From Thermodesulfobacteriota bacterium (GTDB taxonomy: Bacteria; Desulfobacterota; Binatia; Bin18), in the NCBI GenBank assembly GCA_964291405.2, contig OZ219926.1, positions 1,376,001 through 1,440,000 of the forward strand: a DNA stretch of 64,000 nt, in the 5' to 3' direction. The notes under the pieces are model-generated. The model searched no databases, had not been told where the DNA came from, and was given only the letters and a program-made list of their open reading frames with translations. The position numbers and the translations under genes are program-made. Shown here piece by piece: positions 19,287-28,817 of this stretch (positions within the stretch are counted from its first letter, which is position 1; each line of letters starts with the position of its first letter).

Positions 19287-20144
19287 TCAGTCCTCCTTTT
19301 TGGACATGAAAGCCGCAAAGACACCTTCGTAGTCCGGATGCCAGCGCGAGAGCGCCGGGCGGTTCTCGGTCATGTCACCCGCCGCCCACTCAATGCGCCG
19401 GTGGTCGATCTCGGGCGTTACATCATTGTCTGGACACAGCACGTAAAAGTCGCCACGGTCCATCGCTGCAAGCAAGTAGTCCGCCACCTGCTCGGGCATC
19501 CAAGCACCGGGGGGCTTTTCCTGCGCGAATCGCTTTGTCAATCCTGTGTACGTAAAACCCGGAATCAGGAGGTGCGCTGTGACTCGGCAGCCGTCGATAA
19601 GGCGGAGTTGATGGGCAAGGCTCTCAGTCAAGCTCTTGATACCGGCCTTGGATACATTGTACGCCGCGTCGCCGGGTGGATTGGTGATGCCCTGCTTCGA
19701 TCCCGTATTGACGATCGCGCAAGGGGTGCCCTGGTCAATCATTCCCTGGGTGAAGACCTGGAGCCCGTGAATCACGCCCCAGAGGTTCACGCTGAGCGCT
19801 CTCCGCCAGCCCTCGTAGTGCTCCCAGGGGGTGCCGCCACCGCGCGCGCCGGCATTGTTCATCAGCACGGCAACCTCGCCGAACTGATAGAGTACGGTGT
19901 CTCGAAGAGCCTGCACGGATTCAAGGCGAGCTACATCGACTGGGGCTGCCAGGATCGCGTCCGTACCTCGCGCGCTCTGCTTCGCGAGGATGTCGGTCGC
20001 GGAGCTGAGCTTCTCCTCGTCCTGGTCCGCGATACACACGTTCAAGCCCAGCGCTACAAGGCGCTCAGCCGTGGCAAAACCAATGCCACTGGCGCCGCCG
20101 GTGATCACCGCCGTACGGTTTGGAGTTAAAGCAGAATGTGTCAT
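19287..20144 (-). CDS. SDR family oxidoreductase
   Basis: TGGASGIG, NNAG, NTGS, YNVSK. Confidence 0.92.
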   Translation of the reverse strand: MTHSALTPNRTAVITGGASGIGFATAERLVALGLNVCIADQDEEKLSSATDILAKQSARGTDAILAAPVDVARLESVQALRDTVLYQFGEVAVLMNNAGARGGGTPWEHYEGWRRALSVNLWGVIHGLQVFTQGMIDQGTPCAIVNTGSKQGITNPPGDAAYNVSKAGIKSLTESLAHQLRLIDGCRVTAHLLIPGFTYTGLTKRFAQEKPPGAWMPEQVADYLLAAMDRGDFYVLCPDNDVTPEIDHRRIEWAAGDMTENRPALSRWHPDYEGVFAAFMSKKED

Positions 20145-20234
20145 TCGGGGGATCCTCCTTGGGTTCGGCGAAACACCTTCCTCGCCACCCAACGCCGTGT
20201 TAACTCGCGTTAGGTGGCATTGTGCGAGGAGCGC

Positions 20235-20567
20235 CTACTCAGTAGGAAGTACGAAACCCATATCCCGCTTCCCACTAGCATCATAGATCTCTGCCGAGTA
20301 GCTCGTAATGTCGCCACGTATATTCGACTCGCTCAATGCTGCCACAAGACTATCCATGTAGGGATACGTGAAATGCTTGTCTAGATACTCTTGGCTATCC
20401 CAGACTTCGAATATTGTGGCACGGTTTGGGGCCGTAACATCGATTACCCAATCATAAATTTGAGCGTCTGGTTCTTTTCTTGAGTTTTCAATCGCGGTTG
20501 TAACGGTTTCTTTGATGCAATCAAATCCTCCCGGCACGTACTCGAACACGACTGCAACGATTGACAT
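20235..20567 (-). CDS. Antibiotic biosynthesis monooxygenase (ABM) family protein
   Basis: SRKEP...Y, FEVWDS...H; GGAGG RBS; AT-richer codon use. Confidence 0.75.
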   Translation of the reverse strand: MSIVAVVFEYVPGGFDCIKETVTTAIENSRKEPDAQIYDWVIDVTAPNRATIFEVWDSQEYLDKHFTYPYMDSLVAALSESNIRGDITSYSAEIYDASGKRDMGFVLPTE

Positions 20568-20648
20568 GCAGTTCCTCCAGGTAAGGCCGGGCAGGGCCAG
20601 TTTGTAGGGTGATGGAGGAACCGGGGTTAGGGAAGTCGCGGCTGTTCC

Positions 20649-21380
20649 ATGAATTTGTCGAGGCGTGTTGCCATACACCCTCAGGCGCGTTATGAACCCA
20701 GCGTAGAAATCGCAGTGGTACGACCTAAAAAAACAGCAAACTCACCTGACTACCGGGCCATCATCTGCGCCGTCGGCCAAGCCTTGTTCGCTGAGCGCGG
20801 TTTTGCCGGCACGACTATCCGCGAGATTGCCAAACAGGCGGGTGTCAATTCAGGCCTGCTGTACCACTATTACTCCAACAAAGAAACGCTGTATCTGTCG
20901 CTGCTGGAAACGGCCGTCAGCGAAATCGTCGTGCAAGTCGAAAACATTGCCACCGGTCCGGGCACCCCGGAGGAAAAAATCCACCAGATTGTCCAGGCGT
21001 GGCTCGCATACTACCAGGCCCATCCACAGAGTTTTCTCCTCATCCAGCGAGCAGTCAATGAACACAGTCCTGCAGCGCAAGCCCTAGCCCAACATTGGTT
21101 TTCGCGTTGCTTCACCGCCATTGACGCCATCACCACCGAAGGCGTCCAACACGGGCTTTTCAGACCGCTGCCGCCCGCCCTCTTGTCATTTGCCATTGAG
21201 GGGCTCCTAGAGCATGCCGTGCACATCCATAAGCTCATAGGGGGCATTAGCCCGGATCTGTCTGGTGCCTCCCTACTGGACGAACTGGCAAATCTGGTCC
21301 TCACCCTATTGCGGGCCGATACCCCCAAGCGAAGCGTTCCTGTTCGCCGTGGCAAGAAGCGCCTACCGAGGCCTCGCTGA
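20649..21380 (+). CDS. TetR/AcrR family regulator (true start probably GTG at about 20715)
   Basis: LFAERGFAGTTIREIAKQAGVNSGLLYHYYSNKETL. Confidence 0.92.
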   Translation: MNLSRRVAIHPQARYEPSVEIAVVRPKKTANSPDYRAIICAVGQALFAERGFAGTTIREIAKQAGVNSGLLYHYYSNKETLYLSLLETAVSEIVVQVENIATGPGTPEEKIHQIVQAWLAYYQAHPQSFLLIQRAVNEHSPAAQALAQHWFSRCFTAIDAITTEGVQHGLFRPLPPALLSFAIEGLLEHAVHIHKLIGGISPDLSGASLLDELANLVLTLLRADTPKRSVPVRRGKKRLPRPR

Positions 21381-21448
21381 GCTGCTCTTTCAGATCGTCC
21401 AGCCCCTCCTCGCCTTACGCCGATAGCGGGAGGCTACCAAAACGAGTC

Positions 21449-21503
21449 TTGACTTAACTAATCGATTGATGTATTATATCAGAAATTCATCGATCGATTA
21501 ATT
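21449..21503 (+). promoter_or_regulatory. Sigma70 promoter overlapped by an operator-like inverted repeat
   Basis: TTGACT(21449)-17 bp-TATTAT(21472); AACTAATCGATTGATG (21456-71) and CATCGATCGATTAATT (21488-503) are 14/16 inverted repeats. Confidence 0.75.
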
Positions 21504-21533
21504 ACAAACCCCGGGAAGGAAAAGGAGAACAGG

Positions 21534-21914
21534 GTGAACGAACAAGAGGTAGATAAAGTTATGGAGCTCGAGCGCGAAGCGTATCGGCTGTACCAGGCCG
21601 GAGATGTCGACGGGATGATAGACAAGATACTGACGGAGAACGCCCGAATATGTCCCCCCGGCTCCGAATCTATTGTCGGGAGAGAAAACCAACGGGTGCT
21701 ATTCAAGGAACTCGCCCAGATGGACGGCTTCGAGCTGTTCTGGGAACCCCTTGAGGCACAGGTGAGCGCGTCTCACGACATGGCATACGTGTATGGAGCG
21801 GTCAGATGGAAAATGCCGGGGAGCGCTGAAGAGGTGGGGAAGTATGTCTCTGTCTGGATGAAGGAGAACGGGGAATGGCGGAACGCCGTAGAAATCCGCA
21901 ATGCCAACGGCTAG
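21534..21914 (+). CDS. DUF4440/SnoaL-like NTF2 protein
   Basis: S.DMAYVYG, GKYVSVW.KENGEW; AAGGAG RBS, GTG start. Confidence 0.85.
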   Translation: MNEQEVDKVMELEREAYRLYQAGDVDGMIDKILTENARICPPGSESIVGRENQRVLFKELAQMDGFELFWEPLEAQVSASHDMAYVYGAVRWKMPGSAEEVGKYVSVWMKENGEWRNAVEIRNANG

Positions 21915-21945
21915 AGGGACGACCGTCAGAGGAGGACCTCCGTGT

Positions 21946-22959
21946 ATGCCGAAACTGAAAGAAATTGGTATTGGCGTCGAGAACGTGAATGCCCGAGATT
22001 ACGTCGCCCAGGCCCAGGCCGCAGAGCGCTTGGGGTTCCACAGTTTCTGGGTGCCGGAGGACTGCGTTTTTCCGGGCGCCTTTAGCTCGGGCGCCGCTAT
22101 CGCAGCGGCGACCAGCCAGATTAAAATCGGCACCGGCGTCATCAACCCCTACACTCGTCACCCCGTCCTCATTGCCATGGAACTGGCCGCGCTGGACCAG
22201 CTCTCCGGCGGGCGGGCCATCCTTGGCCTGGGCGCAAGTATCCGGCTGTGGATTGAGGAGCAGATGGGCATCGACTATGCCAAGTCTCTGTCGGCCCTCA
22301 GAGACGCGGTGACCATCATCCGCCGGCTGCTGGCCGGTGGTGAGGTTGACTATCAGGGCCAGGTGTTTCGGGCGAGTGCCGGCATGCGATTGAATTTGGA
22401 GCCCGAGCGAACGGCAGTGCCGATTTACCTGGCCACGATGGCGCCCAAGGCGGTGGAGCTGACGGGCGAAATAGCGGACGGCTGGGTTCCGTTTGGCGCC
22501 GAGCCGGCGGCCGTGAGACGGGGCCTGGAGCACCTTCGCCGGGGCGCCGTGCGGGCGGGCCGCAGCCTGGCCGACTTCGACTACGGCGCCTTTCTGCTCA
22601 CGGCCGTGGCCGAGGATGACCGGGCGGCGCGGGAGGCCGTCAAGCCGGTGCTGGCGACGACCTTGGCGTGGATGGCGAACCAGCCCCAGCAGCCGATGTT
22701 CACCGATTACGGCCTGACCCCGGAGGACGCCGAGGTGATGCGGCAGAGCTACGCCCGCGGCGAACTCCGCCCGGACTTTGTGAGTGACGCCATGGTCGAT
22801 GAGCTGGTGCTGGCGGGCAGTCCGCAGCGCTGTCGGGAGCGGCTGGCCGCGCGGATCGAGGCGGGCCTGACGAGCGCGGTCTTTTTCATGGCGGGCGATC
22901 CGGAGTTTACCAGGAACCTGGAAGCGTTGTACCGGACGGTGATTCGCGACTTTATCTGA
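21946..22959 (+). CDS. LLM-class oxidoreductase (Mer-like)
   Basis: AERLGFHSFWVPED, GTGVINPYTRHP, LSGGRAILGLG, GEIADG. Confidence 0.92.
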   Translation: MPKLKEIGIGVENVNARDYVAQAQAAERLGFHSFWVPEDCVFPGAFSSGAAIAAATSQIKIGTGVINPYTRHPVLIAMELAALDQLSGGRAILGLGASIRLWIEEQMGIDYAKSLSALRDAVTIIRRLLAGGEVDYQGQVFRASAGMRLNLEPERTAVPIYLATMAPKAVELTGEIADGWVPFGAEPAAVRRGLEHLRRGAVRAGRSLADFDYGAFLLTAVAEDDRAAREAVKPVLATTLAWMANQPQQPMFTDYGLTPEDAEVMRQSYARGELRPDFVSDAMVDELVLAGSPQRCRERLAARIEAGLTSAVFFMAGDPEFTRNLEALYRTVIRDFI

Positions 22960-23071
22960 GCCCGGCGCAGCGCGGCAACGAGAAAATCTCACGGACAGCA
23001 CATGCGCTGGGGAGAGGCACGAACAACCGACCCGGGCCTTTGCGCGACGGTTTGGCCCACGAGAGGAGGTC

Positions 23072-23872
23072 ATGATGGATGCGGATATAGTACGGCAAAA
23101 AGCCGAAACCTTTGCCGCGCTGCACAGAGCGGGCGATCCCCTCATCCTGTTCAACTGTTGGGATGTTGCGACCGCGAAGCTGGCCGCGCGGGCGTTCCCG
23201 GCCGTGGCAACGAGCAGCGGCGCGGTGGCGATGGCCCAGGGATTCGAGGACGGCGAACGGATACCGCTCGATCTGGTCTTGTCGCTGATGGCGCGGATCG
23301 CCGGCGCGGTGGACTGTCCGGTCTCGGTCGATCTGGAGGCGGGCTACTCGGACGATCCCTTGGAGGTGGCGGAAACGGTCGAAAGGCTGATCGCGAGCGG
23401 CATTGTCGGCATTAACCTGGAGGACGGTCTGTCGCAGGGCAAGCGCGCGCTGGTGGCGCCAGACGCCCATGCGAGGAAGATCGAGGCCGTGCGCGGGGCG
23501 GCGGAGCGGACGGGCGTGCCGTTTTTCATCAACGCCCGGATCGACTCGTTTTTGCTCAAGATCGGCGACGCGCAAACCTGCTTTGACGAGACGCTAAACC
23601 GGGCCGCGGCCTACGCGTCGGCGGGCGCGAGCGGCATATTCGTCCCTTTTCTTTTTGACACAGACCTGATCGCCGACCTGGCTGCGCGCATAGCGCTGCC
23701 GCTCAACATCCTGGTGATGCCCACGGCGCCGCCGGTGGCCGCCCTGGCCGAGGCGGGCGTTGCGCGTATCAGCTGCGGCGCTTGGCCGATTGAGGCGTTA
23801 GCGCAGGCGTTTGGTGCGGCAGCGGTCGCTTTCGCGGACACAAAGGACTACGCGTCTGTCCTGGCCTCCTGA
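23072..23872 (+). CDS. Isocitrate lyase/PEP mutase family protein
   Basis: NCWD, ATSS, DGE, VDLEAGY, GINLED, NARID; high GC. Confidence 0.9.
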   Translation: MMDADIVRQKAETFAALHRAGDPLILFNCWDVATAKLAARAFPAVATSSGAVAMAQGFEDGERIPLDLVLSLMARIAGAVDCPVSVDLEAGYSDDPLEVAETVERLIASGIVGINLEDGLSQGKRALVAPDAHARKIEAVRGAAERTGVPFFINARIDSFLLKIGDAQTCFDETLNRAAAYASAGASGIFVPFLFDTDLIADLAARIALPLNILVMPTAPPVAALAEAGVARISCGAWPIEALAQAFGAAAVAFADTKDYASVLAS

Positions 23873-23932
23873 AACGATGTATAAAACAGTTAGTGATATC
23901 ATTAGCATTCGAAGGAGCAGGAGGAGAACAGG

Positions 23933-24853
23933 ATGAACGAACAAGACACCAGTGCCCAGCGGTTCTCGGTCTCGATGCTTGGCCTTGGCTATATGGGCAG
24001 TGCCCTGGCGCGGGCGTTTCTCGCGCAGCAGCATGCGGTCACGGTGTGGAACCGCACGGCGAGCAAAGCCGAGCCCCTGGCCGAGGCAGGAGCCCAAGTG
24101 GCCGCATCGGTGGCCGAGGCCATCACCGCAAGCGACGTGACCGTCGTATGTGTCAGCGACTACCACGGGAGTGATGCCTTGCTGCGTACGGCAGAAATAG
24201 TCGGTCGACTCAAAGGGAAGACATTGGTCCAACTCACGACCGGTACCCCCGAGGAAGCACGGAGCGGCGCGGCCTGGGCAGCGGAGCATGGCGTCGCGTA
24301 TTTGGACGGGGCGATCATGGCGTCTCCGCTCGAGGTGGGCACGCCGGACGGCACCCTCCTGTATGCGGGACCGCAAGCCGCCTTTGACCGCTACAAACCT
24401 TTGTTGCTCAGCCTGGGTGGCAATTCGGTCTTTGTGGGAGAGAGTCCGGGCCATGCGGCTGCGCTTGAGGGCAGCCTGCTCTCCTTCCTGTACGCCAGCT
24501 GGATCGGCTTTCTGCACGGGGCGGCTCTGTGTGAATCCGAGGGGATGTCCATCGAGAGTTACCTCTCGGCGACCCTGCAAATGCTCACGGGTCTGCTGAC
24601 TCCCCTTGTGACAAGCGCCGCCGAGCTGGCCGGTCAGCGGAGCTACGCCAGTGCAGTCTCCTCGCTGAACGCGAATACAATCGCCCTGGAGCATATCGTC
24701 CAGTTTTGCGATGAGAACGGCGTGGACCGCGCCCTCCCAGCCTGTCTGGCGGGCGCCCTACAGCGGGCGGCCGCGGCGGGTCATGGGGAAAAAGACTTGG
24801 CCGCGGTGTTCGAGATTTTTCGGAAGAAGGACAGCGGGGGTGAGACGGATTAG
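23933..24853 (+). CDS. NAD(P)-dependent oxidoreductase, imine-reductase-like
   Basis: GLGYMG, VWNRT..K, YLDGAIMA; Glu rather than Lys at the beta-hydroxyacid dehydrogenase catalytic position. Confidence 0.8.
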   Translation: MNEQDTSAQRFSVSMLGLGYMGSALARAFLAQQHAVTVWNRTASKAEPLAEAGAQVAASVAEAITASDVTVVCVSDYHGSDALLRTAEIVGRLKGKTLVQLTTGTPEEARSGAAWAAEHGVAYLDGAIMASPLEVGTPDGTLLYAGPQAAFDRYKPLLLSLGGNSVFVGESPGHAAALEGSLLSFLYASWIGFLHGAALCESEGMSIESYLSATLQMLTGLLTPLVTSAAELAGQRSYASAVSSLNANTIALEHIVQFCDENGVDRALPACLAGALQRAAAAGHGEKDLAAVFEIFRKKDSGGETD

Positions 24854-24965
24854 CCCTTCAGGAGACGAGACCGGCTGCGTACCGCGCAGCGGTTTCGTGC
24901 AAGGGCCGCTCTTGGGAAACAAACTCCCCCGACAGCCAGAGAATTTCAACAACCATGAAAGGAGA

Positions 24966-26357
24966 ATGGGTATGCGTAGGGCGCTCACACAAGCTGGAAC
25001 GGCTGGCCGAAAGAGAAGCACGGCGGTGTTCGTGCTCCTCTCGGCCTGTCTGTGGGCTGGTTCGGACTTAGTGGCTGATGAGCGTCCACACACCATCAGC
25101 AAAGACACCGTGCTCCAGTGGGTCAACCAGTACCAGGATGCCACGCCGGAGTTTCAGCCGGGCCAGACCCTCACCTTCGAGGACCTTGAAAAAGTGCGCC
25201 CCTTTCTGCCACCTGGGTTCTTCGACGAAGTCGCGTTTCCGGGTGTAACAATTGAGATTGCGTCGACCGGAGACTATGCCCCGCATCCCGTGTATCGTGC
25301 CGCCACTGAACGGTTTGCTGGTCAGACGCGCTTGACTGCAGACGGGGCGCTGGAAGGCTATGTGGCGGGTCAACCGTTCCTCAACGACAGCCTCGACCTC
25401 AAAGACCCGACAGCTGGCCTGAAGGTGGCCTGGAATTTGAACTTCCGCTGGCAGCACTATGGGCAGCGGGCGGAAAAATACTATATGGCGTTAATACGAC
25501 CCGGTGCAGGCCAAGCAGGGTCGAATACGGTCCCAGAGGGCTTCATCGGAGGCGGTGGGGAGCTCGACCGTCTCATGGTCGTACGTTTCCAGCGGGTCTA
25601 TTTTTCTCACTTGGCTATGCTCCCGGACAACAACTATACGCTACCGGCCCATGGCGCAGCAGAGGTTGAATACAAGGAGTACGATGAGTTTATCGAGCCG
25701 TATGATGTGCGGGGGCAGCGGTTCGTGGTCCAACGTGCCCGTGACCCCCACCTGACAGACCAAGCGTGGGCCTACGTCCCTGCGATGCGCAAGGTGCGGC
25801 GCCTCTCCACCGAAGAACGTGCCGACTCCTTTCTGGGGACCGAGATAACGTATGATGATTTCCTGGGGTACTCCGGGCGCATTGTGGAGCAGGACTGGAC
25901 GTTTCACGGTTGGAAAGATGTGCTCCACATCATGAATTCTCGTCATCCCCATGCTCATTTCTCCGGGCCGCGCGGCTGGGTGCCTAACGACCGGTGGGAG
26001 GTGCGCCGGTGTATCGTCCTGGAGCAGACCCCGAAAGATCCGAACCATCCCTACAGCAGCAAGCTCCTGTTTCTCGATGCGCAAACCTACCGCGCCACCA
26101 CGGTCCTCGCGTTTGACCGGGAGGGGAAATTGTGGAGAGTCTGGAACTATCAGAATTCCTGGTCCGAAGATGCCAAGGAGAAGCCAGAGGGCAACCACGG
26201 CACGTTCGTGGCACGCTTTCTGGGCCTGACGGGTATTGATGTCCAAAATCAACGGGCGACGCTCGTCACCATGGGGGAGATGGACTATCCCCAAGTGACG
26301 GTAGAAGAGGTGGAAGAGTTATATAACTTGAACCGGCTCACCGAAGGGAGACGCTAA
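24966..26357 (+). CDS. DUF1329 family exported protein
   Basis: Signal-like N-terminus; YVAGQPF, AWAYVPAMRKVRRL, HPYS...D, DREGKLWR. Confidence 0.85.
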   Translation: MGMRRALTQAGTAGRKRSTAVFVLLSACLWAGSDLVADERPHTISKDTVLQWVNQYQDATPEFQPGQTLTFEDLEKVRPFLPPGFFDEVAFPGVTIEIASTGDYAPHPVYRAATERFAGQTRLTADGALEGYVAGQPFLNDSLDLKDPTAGLKVAWNLNFRWQHYGQRAEKYYMALIRPGAGQAGSNTVPEGFIGGGGELDRLMVVRFQRVYFSHLAMLPDNNYTLPAHGAAEVEYKEYDEFIEPYDVRGQRFVVQRARDPHLTDQAWAYVPAMRKVRRLSTEERADSFLGTEITYDDFLGYSGRIVEQDWTFHGWKDVLHIMNSRHPHAHFSGPRGWVPNDRWEVRRCIVLEQTPKDPNHPYSSKLLFLDAQTYRATTVLAFDREGKLWRVWNYQNSWSEDAKEKPEGNHGTFVARFLGLTGIDVQNQRATLVTMGEMDYPQVTVEEVEELYNLNRLTEGRR

Positions 26358-26620
26358 CCCCGGAGAGGAGATGGGCATGGCAGGACCACAGGCGGAGAGC
26401 ATCGATTTCCAGGGCCGGATGGAGACGATTTACGGGTTTGGCAAACCATTTGCCGACACGCGTAAACCGATGGTGATCCTCGACCCCAAGACGCCGCCGT
26501 GCCAAGTGGTTTCCTGGGAGTCAAGAAGAGCGATGTATGGTAAGCCGTTGTCGGTTTTGACCGGCCGACCAGGATCAGGACCTTAAACCGCCGTTCGACC
26601 TTTTTCTAACCAGCCAGGTG

Positions 26621-26761
26621 TTAGGCAGCGTTCCAATGGCCGCCCGAACAGTGACACCGTCCGACCATCACGATGGCGGCGGCACACGCGGCGATGAGCG
26701 CATCGGCAAACGCCATCCCGGCGGCTCCTGCACCGACGATAAGATAGTCCGGCTCGATCAC
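26621..26761 (-). pseudogene. N-terminal stub of an FAD/NAD(P)-dependent oxidoreductase
   Basis: DYLIVGAGAAGMAFADALI...GGHWNAA*. Confidence 0.7.
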
Positions 26762-26891
26762 GCTCGTGATCCCACATCTGCTAGAAGCTATCTCATCAAT
26801 GTCTGACGGGTGCTCTCTAGGCCGCCGATCCTAGGCAAAAGTGGCGCGGCTCTCCTATTTATGCGATGAATGCTCGACACCATCTTGACCG

Positions 26892-27251
26892 TTATCCTAG
26901 CGATACGTTCAGCAGCCTGGCATAAATCTTGTGCGGCTCTGGTGCGGTGGCCCCAAGTAGATCAATGCTGATGTTCGTAGAATCAAAGTACTCGTACCAC
27001 TCGGCTTCTACGACAACTTTCTCAAATTCGTGCACTTGTTCGGCGCTGCTCAGCCCAAAAACTCCGACGAACCCCTTTTCGGGAGCTTTCGGGAGAGTTT
27101 GATCAATCTTACTCCAGCCCAAAACGATCGCGCCGCCGGCACGCCCAGCGTTTATATAGGCGTCCAGCGATTTCAGATACGCGAGTTTGTCACCTTCACT
27201 CAAAGCGTGCCAACGGGCGTTGGGGTGCCATACGATGGCTAATATATGCAT
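26892..27251 (-). CDS. Small hypothetical protein (DUF6616-like)
   Basis: W.P...W.ALS..., WYEYFD..N; GGAGGAG RBS. Confidence 0.6.
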   Translation of the reverse strand: MHILAIVWHPNARWHALSEGDKLAYLKSLDAYINAGRAGGAIVLGWSKIDQTLPKAPEKGFVGVFGLSSAEQVHEFEKVVVEAEWYEYFDSTNISIDLLGATAPEPHKIYARLLNVSLG

Positions 27252-27300
27252 GGGTTCTCCTCCGGGCCTCTCGCCATATTTGTCTGTCGCTAAGGCCGGG

Positions 27301-27741
27301 CTACAGCCATTCCTCCTCTGTATGCAGGCGGGTCAGGTGAATCTTTTTCATCTTCCACCGGCCATCTTCCTTCACATAGTCTTCGTGATAATGCCCCCAG
27401 CCCTTAAAGTTGCAGGTCGGCAGGCGCACATCGTCAAACATCGACCAGACACCGCGTGCGGTTGTTGGGCTGGTCAGTTCGATTTCCGGCATGTAGCCCT
27501 GATGGATCGATTTTGCGCCGGTCATCAGCGTACGGATGCCGTCAACCAGCGCGTCGCGGCCCTCGATCTTGATGTCGCGCGGCAGATCCTCGCTGGCGCG
27601 CGGTGCGCCCTCGTATAGCGCCGAAATATCGACGGCGAAACATTCGCTCAAAAGATCCCACTGCTGCGTGTCCATCAATCGGAAATAGCGCGCTTTAAGC
27701 TGGCGGATCGCTTCCAAATCGTCGTGTTGGTCGATGGTCAT
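27301..27741 (-). CDS. SnoaL_4/BaiE-like NTF2 dehydratase family protein
   Basis: DLEAIRQLKARYFRLMDTQQW, H.G.MPEI, A.GVW.M.D, GWGHYHEDY. Confidence 0.9.
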   Translation of the reverse strand: MTIDQHDDLEAIRQLKARYFRLMDTQQWDLLSECFAVDISALYEGAPRASEDLPRDIKIEGRDALVDGIRTLMTGAKSIHQGYMPEIELTSPTTARGVWSMFDDVRLPTCNFKGWGHYHEDYVKEDGRWKMKKIHLTRLHTEEEWL

Positions 27742-28027
27742 GTGTTGCTCCCTTGGGCTGTGCGTTGTTTGATCAGCCGTCACGGAATACCCGGACGGGC
27801 TCCTCACATCGAAACTTCCATGCAGGCTTGCCGCGTAAAAGATCGGCCCAGGGTAGCGCGTTTGGGCAACAAAAACGAGGAGCAGCTGCGCCGGGCCATG
27901 GTACAGGTGCACCCCTTATTTTCTCTGTCCCGGAACTCTACCACCGCCCCCAGTGGGACCGGGGAGATGCTGCGCGAGAAGCCTAGTGGCGTGGGGCAGC
28001 GAAGAACATCTGATTGCCGAAAATTGT

Positions 28028-28378
28028 CTATTCGGCTGCGGGCACAAGCGCACAACAGTACAACCGATATTGGAGGGGATAGGAATGCCGGAAGCCGTCG
28101 TCGGAGGAGAGGCCCACCCCGTTGACATAGGAGCCCGCCGGACAGGTTTGAGCCCCCTCGTGGCGGGCGCGCAGCCAGGGCAACCAGGCGCAGTCAGGAC
28201 TTGCCCCCGGCGCGCTAACGGCCCCGGCCTGTTCGCGGGCGGCGTTGGGCGCTTCTAAGCGCAGATACGCATAGGAGCCAAGACCACTGAGGCCGAGTAG
28301 CAGGAGGAGCGCGGCCCACCACCTCCACCGCCCGCTTTTCTGCCTTTCCGACTCGCCTTCCAAATAGATGTCCGTCAT
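28028..28378 (-). CDS. Single-pass membrane protein with Cys-rich C-terminal domain
   Basis: WRWWAALLLLLGL anchor; C.W...CPAGSYVNGV...YCC. Confidence 0.6.
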   Translation of the reverse strand: MTDIYLEGESERQKSGRWRWWAALLLLLGLSGLGSYAYLRLEAPNAAREQAGAVSAPGASPDCAWLPWLRARHEGAQTCPAGSYVNGVGLSSDDGFRHSYPLQYRLYCCALVPAAE

Positions 28379-28383
28379 GACTG

Positions 28384-28425
28384 CCCTCCCAAGAGGAGAT
28401 GGGGCCTGCACCCCTCCTCGGAGGG
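28384..28425 (-). repeat. Partial copy of CCCCTCC..GGAGGGG REP-like element
   Basis: Reverse complement resembles the cores of 37203-37275 and 39651-39752. Confidence 0.6.
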
Positions 28426-28817
28426 AATGGCTTCTCGTCTCTCCTTGATTTCATGCCATAGCCGGAAACCCTGCACAATGGTGGTTTCCGGGGGTGGTCC
28501 CCCTGTCCCACCCCCAAAGACCTGTACCCATCAAGGCTTCCTGAGTACATGGCCAGTCGCCACACGTTCCTCCAGGGCATGTTGGAGCGATGCTTCGCTC
28601 TGGCCCAGCATCGCTCCATCTCGCAGTATGCGTTGACAGCTCTGGGGCTTCTCAGTAGACTGCGTCGTCACTCCACTAAAACACTCTTTTGATCGGCGTT
28701 GAGGGAGAATAGTAGGCTGTTGACAATGACGGAAAAAGTGCTGGCACGCGCCGCAGGACGTGCCTGGCCGTCATTTTTATCCCGCGCACTCTGAGCGGTT
28801 TTTCGTGAGGAATCATT

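Noticed and set aside
20165-20220. attC-like ends (ACCTAAC...GTTGGGT on minus) after the ABM gene; similar at 30519-30562 and 26604-26627
   Set aside because: Much shorter than real attC sites, no L boxes, not repeated after most genes and no IntI; better explained as ordinary hairpins or at most relics
26371-26586. 71-aa ORF with a good RBS
   Set aside because: No recognisable family; probably an N-terminal stub, so no call can be supported
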